A stretch of DNA of 41,823 bases from Candidatus Rokuibacteriota bacterium (lineage in GTDB: Bacteria > Methylomirabilota > Methylomirabilia > Rokubacteriales > CSP1-6), in assembly GCA_003220195.1 (NCBI GenBank), contig QHRT01000087.1, positions 1,678 through 43,500 on the forward strand, given 5' to 3'. The position numbers and the translations under genes were made by a program. The first letter of the stretch is position 1, and every line of letters starts with the position of its first letter. Below are positions 20,493-29,252 of the stretch, piece after piece. The notes under the pieces are model-generated. The model searched no databases, was not told where the DNA came from, and saw nothing but the letters and a program-made list of their open reading frames with translations.

Positions 20493-21021
20493 GATCGTCG
20501 ACCCCGGGAACGATCCGATCCTGCGCGACGTCTTCGAGAAGGAGACGGAAGCGTTCGGGTTCGTGTTCAACACGACGAAAGTCCAGGCGCACACGCCGGT
20601 CATCCTGAGAGCCGCCAAGCAGCTCTCGGCCGCCGTGGAGCGCTCCGGGCTCCTGCCGGCCGAGCTGCGCTCGCTCGTCTATCTCCGCGTCGCGCTGATC
20701 AACGGCTGTCCCTTCTGAATCGACATCAATGCATCCCGTGGGATGCAAGCCGGGGCGTCGGACGAGAAGATCCGCCAGGTGGAGCGCGCGGCCGAGAGCG
20801 ACCTCTATTCCGAACCCGAGCGAGCGGCGCTCGCGTTCGCGGAAGCGATGACGATCACCGGCCACCGCGTGACCGACGAGCTCTTCGCGCGTGTGCGCAA
20901 CCATTTCTCGGAGCCGCAGGTGGTGGAGCTGGCCGCCGCGGTGGCCCTCGAGAACTTCCGGTCGAAGTTCAACACGGCGTTCGGCATCGAGGCGCAGGGA
21001 TTCTGCGTGCTCCAGCACTGA
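20476..21021 (+). CDS. AhpD/carboxymuconolactone decarboxylase-like probable selenoprotein (CxxU)
   Basis: ORFs 20461-20718 and 20743-21021 share a frame: RVALINGCPF-TGA-IDINASRG...YSEPERAALAFAEAMT. AAGGAGG RBS. Hairpin 11 nt after the TGA. Confidence 0.85.
20730..20747 (+). promoter_or_regulatory. Candidate bacterial SECIS hairpin
   Basis: TGCATCC-CGTG-GGATGCA, a perfect 7 bp stem with a GU-containing loop, 11 nt downstream of in-frame TGA 20716-20718. Confidence 0.7.
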
Positions 21022-21028
21022 GAGCGTC

Positions 21029-21388
21029 ATGACGGATCTTCAGGTAGACGTCTACGGCGTCAATCTCGTGGTCCGACTCGTCCCGGAGCGGGACGTCGCC
21101 GTGCAGCTCAGGTGCCCCAAGGGCGCGGTGATTCGCTACGGCGAGGTCGTGAGCCGCGGCGACGGGTTCGACGCGGACGGGAAAGTGTTTCGCGCGATGC
21201 CGTACGCCCAGGCGATCGTCGTCTTCGAAGAGGATGGTGCCGAGCCCACGGGCCATGCGTTCATGCATGCGGGGCGGGAATACCGGCTCATCGCCGTCGA
21301 CGACGTGCTGGTCGCGTTTCCGCCTCGCTGGTCACCGGCCGAGACGAGGCGCCCGTCGCGCGGTCAGGGGGTCGAGCCGTCGGCCTGA
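21029..21388 (+). CDS. Hypothetical protein, divergent GroES/Cpn10-like
   Basis: GEVVSRGDG...GKVFRAMP...VVFEE...GREYRLIAVDDVLV resembles the GroES pattern by eye. Confidence 0.6.
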   Translation: MTDLQVDVYGVNLVVRLVPERDVAVQLRCPKGAVIRYGEVVSRGDGFDADGKVFRAMPYAQAIVVFEEDGAEPTGHAFMHAGREYRLIAVDDVLVAFPPRWSPAETRRPSRGQGVEPSA

Positions 21389-21396
21389 TCGGCCGA

Positions 21397-22158
21397 CTAC
21401 AGCTGGTAGACCTTGTCCTGCTCGAGGAGGGAAACGCGGCCGCCGCCGATCCGCTCGAGCTCCATGGCGGTCTCTTCGAAGAACGGCGGCTTGATGTGAT
21501 AGATCCACACCGGAGTGTCCGGCGGCAGCTTCGGCAGCTCCTGCGCGATCAACGCCGGGGTCATGTGGCCGGACGCGGTCGCCAGGTCGCCCAGCCGGTT
21601 GGGGAACGTACACTCGAGCAGGATCCCCCGGATGTTGTGATGCGGCCGGATCGCTTTCCACAGGGCCTCGGTGGGTCCGGTGTCGCCGGAGTAGACGAGC
21701 CCGGCCTCGCCGTCATGCACGATGAAGCCACTCGTGGGCACCGTGTGGGTCACGGCGACCGGCGTCACCAGCAGATCGCTGACCACGTGCTCGACGCCCT
21801 CGCCGAGCGCGCGGTACCCGACGGCCGGCGCGCCCGGAGGAATCACGGCAAAATCCGGCCAGACGATGTTGTTGAACACGGCGTGCTTCATGGCGTCGAC
21901 GATCGGCGGCAGGCTGGCGATCGTCACCCGCTGGCCCTCGGCGCAGCAGGCGATGGTCTCGGCGAGGAATGCCAGCCCGGCGACGTGGTCCAGGTGGCAA
22001 TGCGAGACGAGCGCGTGGTCGATCTGGAGCTGTTCCCCGACCGTGAGCGCGGCCGGCACCGAGCCGCCGTCGATCAGGACCCGGTCGTTGACGAGAAAGG
22101 CCGAGGGGCGGTGCGCCAGCCCTTCCCCGCCGAACGCCCCGAGAACCCTGATCTTCAT
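21397..22158 (-). CDS. Metallo-beta-lactamase fold hydrolase, class II cyclic-nucleotide phosphodiesterase-like
   Basis: SHCHLDH, FNNIVWPDF, YSGDTGPT, GHMTP, IYHIKP. Confidence 0.85.
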   Translation of the reverse strand: MKIRVLGAFGGEGLAHRPSAFLVNDRVLIDGGSVPAALTVGEQLQIDHALVSHCHLDHVAGLAFLAETIACCAEGQRVTIASLPPIVDAMKHAVFNNIVWPDFAVIPPGAPAVGYRALGEGVEHVVSDLLVTPVAVTHTVPTSGFIVHDGEAGLVYSGDTGPTEALWKAIRPHHNIRGILLECTFPNRLGDLATASGHMTPALIAQELPKLPPDTPVWIYHIKPPFFEETAMELERIGGGRVSLLEQDKVYQL

Positions 22159-22216
22159 GTGTGTTCGCGGATACTAGCATAAGTCTTGACAGGATCGCCG
22201 GGCGTAGAATCTGGTG

Positions 22217-22888
22217 ATGCCCGGCGACGAGTTCGACTTTCCGACGATGGCGCGCGCCCTGATTCTCGGCGACCGGGAAACGGTCGCTCGAAAAACGCAG
22301 GAGGGGCTCGCGCTCTCGATGGATCCCAAGACCCTCATCTTCAAGGGATTGATCCCCGGCATGGACGTCGTCGGGGAGAAGTTCCGCCGGAACGAGTACT
22401 ACGTGCCCCAGGTGCTGCTGTCCGCGCGCGCCATGTATGCGGGCCTCGACCTCCTGAAGCCGCTCATCACGGCCTCGGCGCGCGCCGGCGACTATCTCGG
22501 CGTGGTGGTCATCGGCACCGCGCAGGGCGACCTCCACGACATCGGCAAGAACCTGGTCGCGATGATGCTGGAAGGGGCCGGCTTCAAGGTCGTGAACCTC
22601 GGACGCGACGTCGCCCCGGAGAAATTCGTCGCCGCCGTGCAGGAGCACGGGGCCAACATCGTCGGGATCTCGGCCTTGATGACGACCACCATGCCGGGAA
22701 TGAAGCGGACGATCGACGCGCTCGTCAAAGCCGGCGTTCGCGACCGCGTCAAGGTCATGGTCGGAGGCGCGCCGGTGAGCCAGGCGTTTGCCGACGAGAT
22801 CGGCGCCGACGGCTACGCGCGAGACTCGACGCTCGCCGTGCTAAAGGCGAAGGCGCTGCTGGGCGTCGCGGAAGGTGTCGGGCGGTGA
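22217..22888 (+). CDS. Corrinoid (B12-binding) protein, cap plus B12 domain
   Basis: GLIPGMDVVGEKF, GDLHDIGKNLV, SALMTTT, VMVGGAP. Confidence 0.93.
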   Translation: MPGDEFDFPTMARALILGDRETVARKTQEGLALSMDPKTLIFKGLIPGMDVVGEKFRRNEYYVPQVLLSARAMYAGLDLLKPLITASARAGDYLGVVVIGTAQGDLHDIGKNLVAMMLEGAGFKVVNLGRDVAPEKFVAAVQEHGANIVGISALMTTTMPGMKRTIDALVKAGVRDRVKVMVGGAPVSQAFADEIGADGYARDSTLAVLKAKALLGVAEGVGR

Positions 22889-23006
22889 AACATCGGCTGC
22901 CGATGTCGAGGCGCGCCACGGCTCCGCCGGGGCGTGTCCGAGCGTTGGGGGTCTGGGGGCCATTACGGGCGCGTCCGCGCGCCCCTCGGGGCCCCCAGGA
23001 CGATCG

Positions 23007-23921
23007 ATGAAACATCGCGGATGGGAAGTCGTCGAGCGCGTCCGGGCCGGCGAGATGCTCGTGTTCGACGGCGGCTACGGCACCATGCTGTTCGCGGCAG
23101 GACTGCTGAACGGCGCGTGTCCCGAGCTCTGGAACGACACGCACGCCGACGTCGTGCGCGAGATCCATCGTGGGTATTTCGAAGCGGGGTCGGCGATCGT
23201 CGAGACCAACACGTTCGGAGGCTCGCGGCTCAAGCTCAACGAGTACCAGCTCGGTGAGCGAACGCGCGAGCTGAACGAACGAGGCGCGCGCCTGGTGAGA
23301 TCCGTCGCGCCGGCCGGCGGCTATGTCGCGGGCTCGATCGGACCCACGAGCCGCCTGCCCGCGGAGTACGAGCCGCTCGGCGACACGACCGACGAGGAGT
23401 ACGTCGAGACGTTCCGCGAGCAAGCGGAAGCGCTCGCCGAGGGGGGCGTCGATCTCTTCGCGGTGGAGACGATGATGTTCCCGCAAGAGGCGTTCGCCGC
23501 CATCCGCGCGTGCAAGCAGGTGGCGGACCTTCCGGTGATGGCGACGATGTTCTTCCAGTACGAGGAGCTGCACGACCGCGATCGCACGATGTGGGGCGAA
23601 AGCCCGGCGAAGGTCGCGAAGAATCTCCGGGAGGCCGGCGCCGACGTCGTCGGCATGAATTGCGGGCGCGGCCCTGACCGCGCGATCGTCATCATCCGCG
23701 AGATGCGCGCTGCGACCGAGACGCCACTCGTCGCGTACCCGAACGCGGGCCTGCCGATCACGACCGGAGATCGCGTGACCTACGAGCTCGGTCCGGAGCA
23801 GATGGCGCGAGACTACCCGGCGCTGCTCGACGCGGGCGCCTCGATCGTCGGCGCGTGCTGCGGCTCCGGCCCCGAGCACATCCGAAAGATCGCCGAGGTC
23901 GTTCGCGCGCGCCGGAAGTGA
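23007..23921 (+). CDS. Homocysteine S-methyltransferase family protein (stand-alone MetH Hcy domain)
   Basis: FDGGYGTML, ETNTFGG, GMNCG, PNAGLP, GACCG zinc ligands. Confidence 0.92.
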   Translation: MKHRGWEVVERVRAGEMLVFDGGYGTMLFAAGLLNGACPELWNDTHADVVREIHRGYFEAGSAIVETNTFGGSRLKLNEYQLGERTRELNERGARLVRSVAPAGGYVAGSIGPTSRLPAEYEPLGDTTDEEYVETFREQAEALAEGGVDLFAVETMMFPQEAFAAIRACKQVADLPVMATMFFQYEELHDRDRTMWGESPAKVAKNLREAGADVVGMNCGRGPDRAIVIIREMRAATETPLVAYPNAGLPITTGDRVTYELGPEQMARDYPALLDAGASIVGACCGSGPEHIRKIAEVVRARRK

Positions 23922-24643
23922 GCGTGGAGCTGCCGGAGGATCTTCGGGTCCTCGCCGACGTCCCGCTCGCCATCGATCCCGACGAGGTCCTGCGCTTCCA
24001 GGGCTACAAGAAGGACGTCGACGTCCCCGGCGCCGACGTCCGCGCGTTGCTCGACGACGCGCTGACGCTCGGGGACGCGCTGATGAAGCCGCGCGCGGTG
24101 ATGCGCTGGGTGCCGGTCCAGCGTATGGACGCCGGCCGTCTCGCCGCGGCAGGTGTCGTCTTCCGCATTCCCGACATCGAACATCACTGGGGCGCGGTCA
24201 CTCATCTGGGCGCCGCCGTCTGCACGATCGGCGAAACGCTGGAGAGGCGCGTCGCGGATCTCTGGGACGCCCGCGAGCTGCCGCTCGCGATGATGCTCGA
24301 CAGCGTCGGCTCGGGCGCGGTGGAGAGTCTCGCGGAGTACGTGAACGACGTCTTGTGCCAGCACGGCGTGGCGGCGGCCGTTCGGGTCACCAACCGGATC
24401 AGCCCGGGCTACGGCGCGTGGGACGTCGCCGACCAGCAGGCGTTCTTCCGGCTCGTCGCGGGGGACGCGATCGGCGTCACGCTGAACGAGGCCTGCTTCA
24501 TGACGCCGGCGAAGTCGATCACGTTGCTGGTCGGCGCCGGACCGGCGGCGCGCGTCGATCACTACGCGAGCCAGTGCGCGCGATGCTGGATGCGTGACTG
24601 CGCGTACCGTCGGGCGCCGGCGCGCCGCACGGTGCACCGGTGA
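23918..24643 (+). CDS. B12-dependent methionine synthase reactivation (AdoMet-binding) domain protein
   Basis: VCTIG, LDSVGSGAVE, RISPGYGAW, MTPAKSIT, C-terminal CARCWMRDC. GTGA overlap with the upstream gene. Confidence 0.85.
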   Translation: MSVELPEDLRVLADVPLAIDPDEVLRFQGYKKDVDVPGADVRALLDDALTLGDALMKPRAVMRWVPVQRMDAGRLAAAGVVFRIPDIEHHWGAVTHLGAAVCTIGETLERRVADLWDARELPLAMMLDSVGSGAVESLAEYVNDVLCQHGVAAAVRVTNRISPGYGAWDVADQQAFFRLVAGDAIGVTLNEACFMTPAKSITLLVGAGPAARVDHYASQCARCWMRDCAYRRAPARRTVHR

Positions 24644-24686
24644 TCTGATCGCTGCCCGCGGTTCGATCCCACGTCGCGATTCGGCC

Positions 24687-24859
24687 GCCGGGGGCTCAAA
24701 AACGGTCCAGATGCGAGGCGGCGCCCGAGCGGCGCACAACAGCGTGCGCCGGTGGTCGCACGCGAGGCGTACTCTCTGTGCGTCGAGCGTGCGACCGAGG
24801 GGTGCGAGGACGCACCCGACGGCGCCAACGAAGCAGATGGGCCCTTCTCAGCCCCCGGC
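24687..24859. repeat. Structured MITE/REP-like element, copy 2 (inverted relative to copy 1)
   Basis: TIR gccgggggct...agcccccggc. The reverse complement aligns with 8818-8986. Confidence 0.85.
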
Positions 24860-24903
24860 GTGCGCTTGCGGCTCGTCAGGAGCCCGTGCTACCGTCCGCC
24901 GTC

Positions 24904-25632
24904 ATGGGAGAGAACGTCGCCGTCACGCGTGATGGCCCGATCGTCACGGTCACGCTGAATCGCCCGGAGCACCGCAACTCGCTCTCCGATCCGATGCTCG
25001 CCGAGCTCGGCGCCGCGTTCGCCGAGCTGCGCGACGACGTCACGAGCCGCGTCGTCATCGTGACCGGCGCGCCGCCGGTGTTCTCGGCGGGCGCGCATGC
25101 GCCGATCAAGAGCTCGATGTCCGAGACGGAGCGTCGCGCGGCGTTCAGCGGGCGCAAGAGCCAGTTCCGGCGGCTGTTCGAGCGCGCGAACACGGTCCTC
25201 GAGAACCTGGAGCAGACCACGATCGCGATGATCAACGGTCATGCGGTCGGCGGCGGCTGGGGACTCACGCTCGCGTGTGACTTTCGCATCGCCGCCGCCG
25301 AGGCGCAGCTGTGGATCCCCGAAGTGGATCTGGGCGTGCCGCTCGGCGTGGCGAGCACGACGCGCTTCGTGCGACTGGTCGGGCCCGGGCGCGCGAAGGA
25401 GATCATCATGACCGGCCGGCGGTATCCGGCGGCGGAAGCGCAGGCGCTCGGCCTCGTGCATCGCGTGGTGCCGGGCCCCGATCTCGTGAAGGCGACGCGC
25501 GAATTCGCCGAGAAGCTCCTGGCCAAGCCGGCGCGCCCGCTCGCCGAGATGAAGGCGCGCATCAACACGCTCGCGCGCACCGCGACGCCGGAAGTGAACG
25601 CGATGACCGAGGGGTTCCTCGACCGCGGCTGA
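24904..25632 (+). CDS. Enoyl-CoA hydratase/isomerase (crotonase) family
   Basis: LNRPEHRNSL, FSAGA, AMINGHAVGGG, PEVDLG. Confidence 0.9.
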   Translation: MGENVAVTRDGPIVTVTLNRPEHRNSLSDPMLAELGAAFAELRDDVTSRVVIVTGAPPVFSAGAHAPIKSSMSETERRAAFSGRKSQFRRLFERANTVLENLEQTTIAMINGHAVGGGWGLTLACDFRIAAAEAQLWIPEVDLGVPLGVASTTRFVRLVGPGRAKEIIMTGRRYPAAEAQALGLVHRVVPGPDLVKATREFAEKLLAKPARPLAEMKARINTLARTATPEVNAMTEGFLDRG

Positions 25633-26822
25633 TGCTCGACGGCATCCGGGTGCTCGAGCTCGCGCGCGTGATCGCCGGTCCCTACTGCGCGATGCTGCTC
25701 GGCGATCTCGGGGCGGACGTCGTGAAGGTCGAGCGCCCGGGCAAGGGCGACGACCTGCGCGAATGGGGCAAAGGCGGCGGGATGAACGCCGTCTTCGCGG
25801 CGTCGAACCGCAACAAGCGCAGCATCGCGATCGATCTGCAGACGCCGGACGGCGTGACGCTGGTCTTGGATCTCGCGCGCCACGCCGACGTGCTCATCGA
25901 GAATTTTGTGCCGGGCGTGGCCGAGCGTCTCGGGCTCGGCTACGGCACGGTGCGCGACGTGAATCCCGCCATCGTCTACGCGTCGGTCTCCGGGTTCGGA
26001 CAGACGGGACCGTATGCGCGCCGCCCGGGGTACAACTCGATCGCGCAGGCGATGAGCGGACTGATGGCGTTGACCGGCATGCCCGGCCACCCGCCCACGC
26101 GCGTCGCCGGCTCGGTGTCCGACCTCGCGGCGTCCTACGTCGCCTTCGGCGCCATCAATGCGGCGCTCGTCCATCGGTTCCGCGCGGGAGAGGGACAGCA
26201 CCTGGACGTGAGCCTGCTCGCCTCCTCGCTCGCACTCCTGCCCGATCCCGCGGCCCAGTTCTTCGAGTCCGGCGAGCGGCCGCAGCGCGTCGGCAACCGG
26301 AATCCCAGTCTGACGCCGGCCGACGCGTTCCGCACGCGCGACGGGTACGTGTTCATCGTGCTGATGAATCCGGCGCAGTGGGAGCGCTGCTGCCGCGTGC
26401 TCGGCGACGACGAGCTCCGCACGAGCCCGCGCTTCGCGACCAACGCGAGCCGCCTCGAGCACCATCGGGACATGGTGGAGCGCATCGAAACGGTGCTCGC
26501 GACGGCGACGACCGCGGAATGGGTCGAGCGCTTCGAGAAGGCGTCGATCCCCTGCGGGCCGATCTACGAGTTCGACCAGGTGTTCGAGGATCCTCACGTG
26601 AAGCATCTCGGGCTCGTGGCCGAGATGGACCAGCCCGGCCACGGCCGCCTCCGGATGCTCGGCTTTCCCTTCCGCGCGTCGGCGACCGACACGAAGGTCC
26701 GCCGGCCTGCGCCGCTCCTGGGCGAGCACACGCGCGAAGTCCTGGAAGAGCTCGGCGTCGCCGAACACGAGATCCAGCGTCTCGCGGACGCGGGGGTCAT
26801 CGCGATCGGCGCGCCGGCGTAA
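25632..26822 (+). CDS. Family III CoA transferase (CaiB/BaiF)
   Basis: LARVIAGPYC, NRNKRSI, ENFVPG, SGFGQTGP, APLLGEHT. Confidence 0.93.
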   Translation: MLDGIRVLELARVIAGPYCAMLLGDLGADVVKVERPGKGDDLREWGKGGGMNAVFAASNRNKRSIAIDLQTPDGVTLVLDLARHADVLIENFVPGVAERLGLGYGTVRDVNPAIVYASVSGFGQTGPYARRPGYNSIAQAMSGLMALTGMPGHPPTRVAGSVSDLAASYVAFGAINAALVHRFRAGEGQHLDVSLLASSLALLPDPAAQFFESGERPQRVGNRNPSLTPADAFRTRDGYVFIVLMNPAQWERCCRVLGDDELRTSPRFATNASRLEHHRDMVERIETVLATATTAEWVERFEKASIPCGPIYEFDQVFEDPHVKHLGLVAEMDQPGHGRLRMLGFPFRASATDTKVRRPAPLLGEHTREVLEELGVAEHEIQRLADAGVIAIGAPA

Positions 26823-26893
26823 CTCGGCGCCGAAGAACCTCGGCCGGCACGGCGCCGTCTGCGTCACGTCCGATCTGGTACGATTTCAGCACC

Positions 26894-27418
26894 ATGCCGC
26901 GCGACAACGTCATCCTCGTCGGGTTCATGGGCGCCGGGAAATCGACGTGCGGGCGGCTGCTCGCGCGACGGCTCGACCGCTGCTTCGTGGAGACCGACGA
27001 CATGATCGTCGCGCGCGACGGCCGCTCGATCCCCGAGATCTTTCGTGAGGATGGCGAAGCAAAGTTCCGCGAGTTCGAAGCCGAAGCTCTCGAGGCCTTG
27101 CGACTCAAGTCGGGCGACGTGATCGCGACCGGCGGCGGGTTCGCGTGCCGCGAGGGACGGATGGAGCAACTCCGCGAGCTCGGCACCGTCGTGTGGCTCG
27201 CCGGCGACCTCCGTCAGCTCTACGAGCGGGCGTGCCGTCCCGGGCAACGTCCGATGCTCGACGGCCGGCCATTCGAGGCGATCGAGGAGCTGTATCGCGA
27301 GCGCGAACCGTACTATGGCAAGGCGCATCTCATGGTGGACACGGTCGGACAGACGACCGATCAGGTGATCGGCCGGATTCTCGCATCGCTCCGGGCCTCC
27401 CATGCCGCACGCGTTTGA
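26894..27418 (+). CDS. aroK: Shikimate kinase
   Basis: LVGFMGAGKST, VIATGGG, RPML, REPYY. Confidence 0.92.
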   Translation: MPRDNVILVGFMGAGKSTCGRLLARRLDRCFVETDDMIVARDGRSIPEIFREDGEAKFREFEAEALEALRLKSGDVIATGGGFACREGRMEQLRELGTVVWLAGDLRQLYERACRPGQRPMLDGRPFEAIEELYREREPYYGKAHLMVDTVGQTTDQVIGRILASLRASHAARV

Positions 27419-29252
27419 TCGTCGACTCGCCGAGGGCCCGCTGCTCTGTGACGGCGCGATGGGCACCTTGCTCTACAGTCGCGGAGTCGCGGTCGACGCC
27501 TGCTTCGATCTGCTGAACCTCAACAATCCGGCGCTCGTCCAGTCGATCCACGCCGATTACATCGCGGCCGGCGCCGACGCGATCGAGACGAACACGTTCG
27601 GCGCCAACCGGTTCAAGCTCGGCGCGTACTCGCTCGAGCAGCAGGTGCGGGAGATCAACCGGCGCGCCGTCCGTCTCGCCCGGGACGTCCGGGAAAGCAT
27701 GGGACGCGACGTGCTCGTCCTCGGCGCGATTGGCCCGCTCGGCAAGTACCTGGCGCCGCTCGGCACGCTCACGCACAAGGAGGCGCGTGACGCGTTCCAC
27801 GAGCAAGCCGAAGCCTTGCTCGAGGGCGGCGTCGACGCGTTCATCCTCGAGACCTTTCCGGGGCTCACCGAGCTCAGGCTCGCGATCGAGGTCGTCCGCG
27901 CGATCACGGACCTGCCGATCATCGCGCAGATGGCGTTCACCGACGAGGCGCTGACCTACACCGGCCGCACCCCCGCGGAGGTGGCGGCGGCGCTCGCGAA
28001 GCTCTCCGTCCAGGCGATCGGCGCCAACTGCTCGGTCGGCTCGAGCGTGCTCTACGAGGTGCTGGAGCAGATGCAGCACGAAGCGCGCGGCCTCGCGCTC
28101 TCGATCCAGCCGAACGCCGGATTGCCGACGCGCATCGGCGAACGGTTGATCTATCTGTCGTCGCCTCCGTACATGGCGGACTGGGCCGCGCGCATGGTCG
28201 GCGCCGGCGCCCGGATCCTCGGCGGCTGTTGCGGGACCACCCCCGCGCACATCGCCGCGATGCGCGAAGCACTCGGCCGGAAGGCCTCGCCGGAACGGCG
28301 TCCGAGTCGCCCGGTCGTCAGCGTGCGCACGCGGGAACCGCTCGAGGCGCCGGTCGGCGAGAAGCCGCCACCGCCCACGGTGCTCCAGCACAAGCTCGCG
28401 GCCGGCGAGTTCGTCGTGACGGTGGAGCTGGACCCGCCGCGCGGGCACACCGTGGACAAGCTCGTGCATGGCGCGAAGTTGCTCGGAGAGCGCGGCGTCG
28501 AGATCGTCGACATCAACGACGGCTCGCTCGGTCGGGTGCGCATGGCGGTCTTGCCCACGGCGCTCCTGGTGCGCGAGGCGACCGGACTCGACGTCTCGAT
28601 GCACTTCACGTGTCGCGATCGCAATCTCATGGGCATCCAGGCGGAGCTCTTGGCCGCTCACGCCCTCGGGATCCGGAACATCCTCGCGATGACCGGCGAC
28701 CCGCCGCGCGCCGGCGACTATGCGAACGCGACGGCGGTGTTTGACGTCGACGGCGTCGGCATGATCGAGATCATTCGACGCATGAACGAGGGCGCCGACG
28801 CCACGGGCAACTCGATCGGCGGACCGACCCACTTCCACGTCGGCGCGGCGCTGAACCCCGCTGCGGAAGACGTCGACCGGGAGATCGAACGGCTGCGGCG
28901 CAAGGTCGCCGCGGGCGCCAGATGGCTGCAGACCCAGCCCGTCTACGATCTCGAGCTCCTGGAACGATTTCTCGCGCGCGCGGGTGACGTGCCGGCGCCG
29001 ATCATCGTCGGCGTGCTGCCGCTGCACAGCTCGCGGCACGCCGAGTTCCTGCACAACGAGGTGCCGGGCATTACGATCCCCGACCAGGTGCGCGCGCGCT
29101 TGCGTGAAGCGGGCGACGGCGCGCTCCGCGCCGGCATCGCGATGGCGCAAGAGCTGGTGCACCAGATCCGCCCGCGCTATGCCGGCGCGTACCTGATGCC
29201 GTCGTTTGGCCGCTTCGAGGTCGTCGCGGAGGTGCTCGATGCGCTCCGGTGA
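27402..29252 (+). CDS. yitJ: Bifunctional homocysteine S-methyltransferase / 5,10-methylene-THF reductase
   Basis: DGAMGT, GANC and GGCCGT, followed by VELDPP, HFTCRDRN, TGDPP, TQPVYD, LHNEVPG. Confidence 0.92.
   Translation: MPHAFDRRLAEGPLLCDGAMGTLLYSRGVAVDACFDLLNLNNPALVQSIHADYIAAGADAIETNTFGANRFKLGAYSLEQQVREINRRAVRLARDVRESMGRDVLVLGAIGPLGKYLAPLGTLTHKEARDAFHEQAEALLEGGVDAFILETFPGLTELRLAIEVVRAITDLPIIAQMAFTDEALTYTGRTPAEVAAALAKLSVQAIGANCSVGSSVLYEVLEQMQHEARGLALSIQPNAGLPTRIGERLIYLSSPPYMADWAARMVGAGARILGGCCGTTPAHIAAMREALGRKASPERRPSRPVVSVRTREPLEAPVGEKPPPPTVLQHKLAAGEFVVTVELDPPRGHTVDKLVHGAKLLGERGVEIVDINDGSLGRVRMAVLPTALLVREATGLDVSMHFTCRDRNLMGIQAELLAAHALGIRNILAMTGDPPRAGDYANATAVFDVDGVGMIEIIRRMNEGADATGNSIGGPTHFHVGAALNPAAEDVDREIERLRRKVAAGARWLQTQPVYDLELLERFLARAGDVPAPIIVGVLPLHSSRHAEFLHNEVPGITIPDQVRARLREAGDGALRAGIAMAQELVHQIRPRYAGAYLMPSFGRFEVVAEVLDALR

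Noticed and set aside
22159-22216. Cobalamin riboswitch or TTGACA -35 box before the corrinoid gene
   Set aside because: The gap is too short for a riboswitch, and the TTGACA to TAGAAT spacing is only 13 nt.
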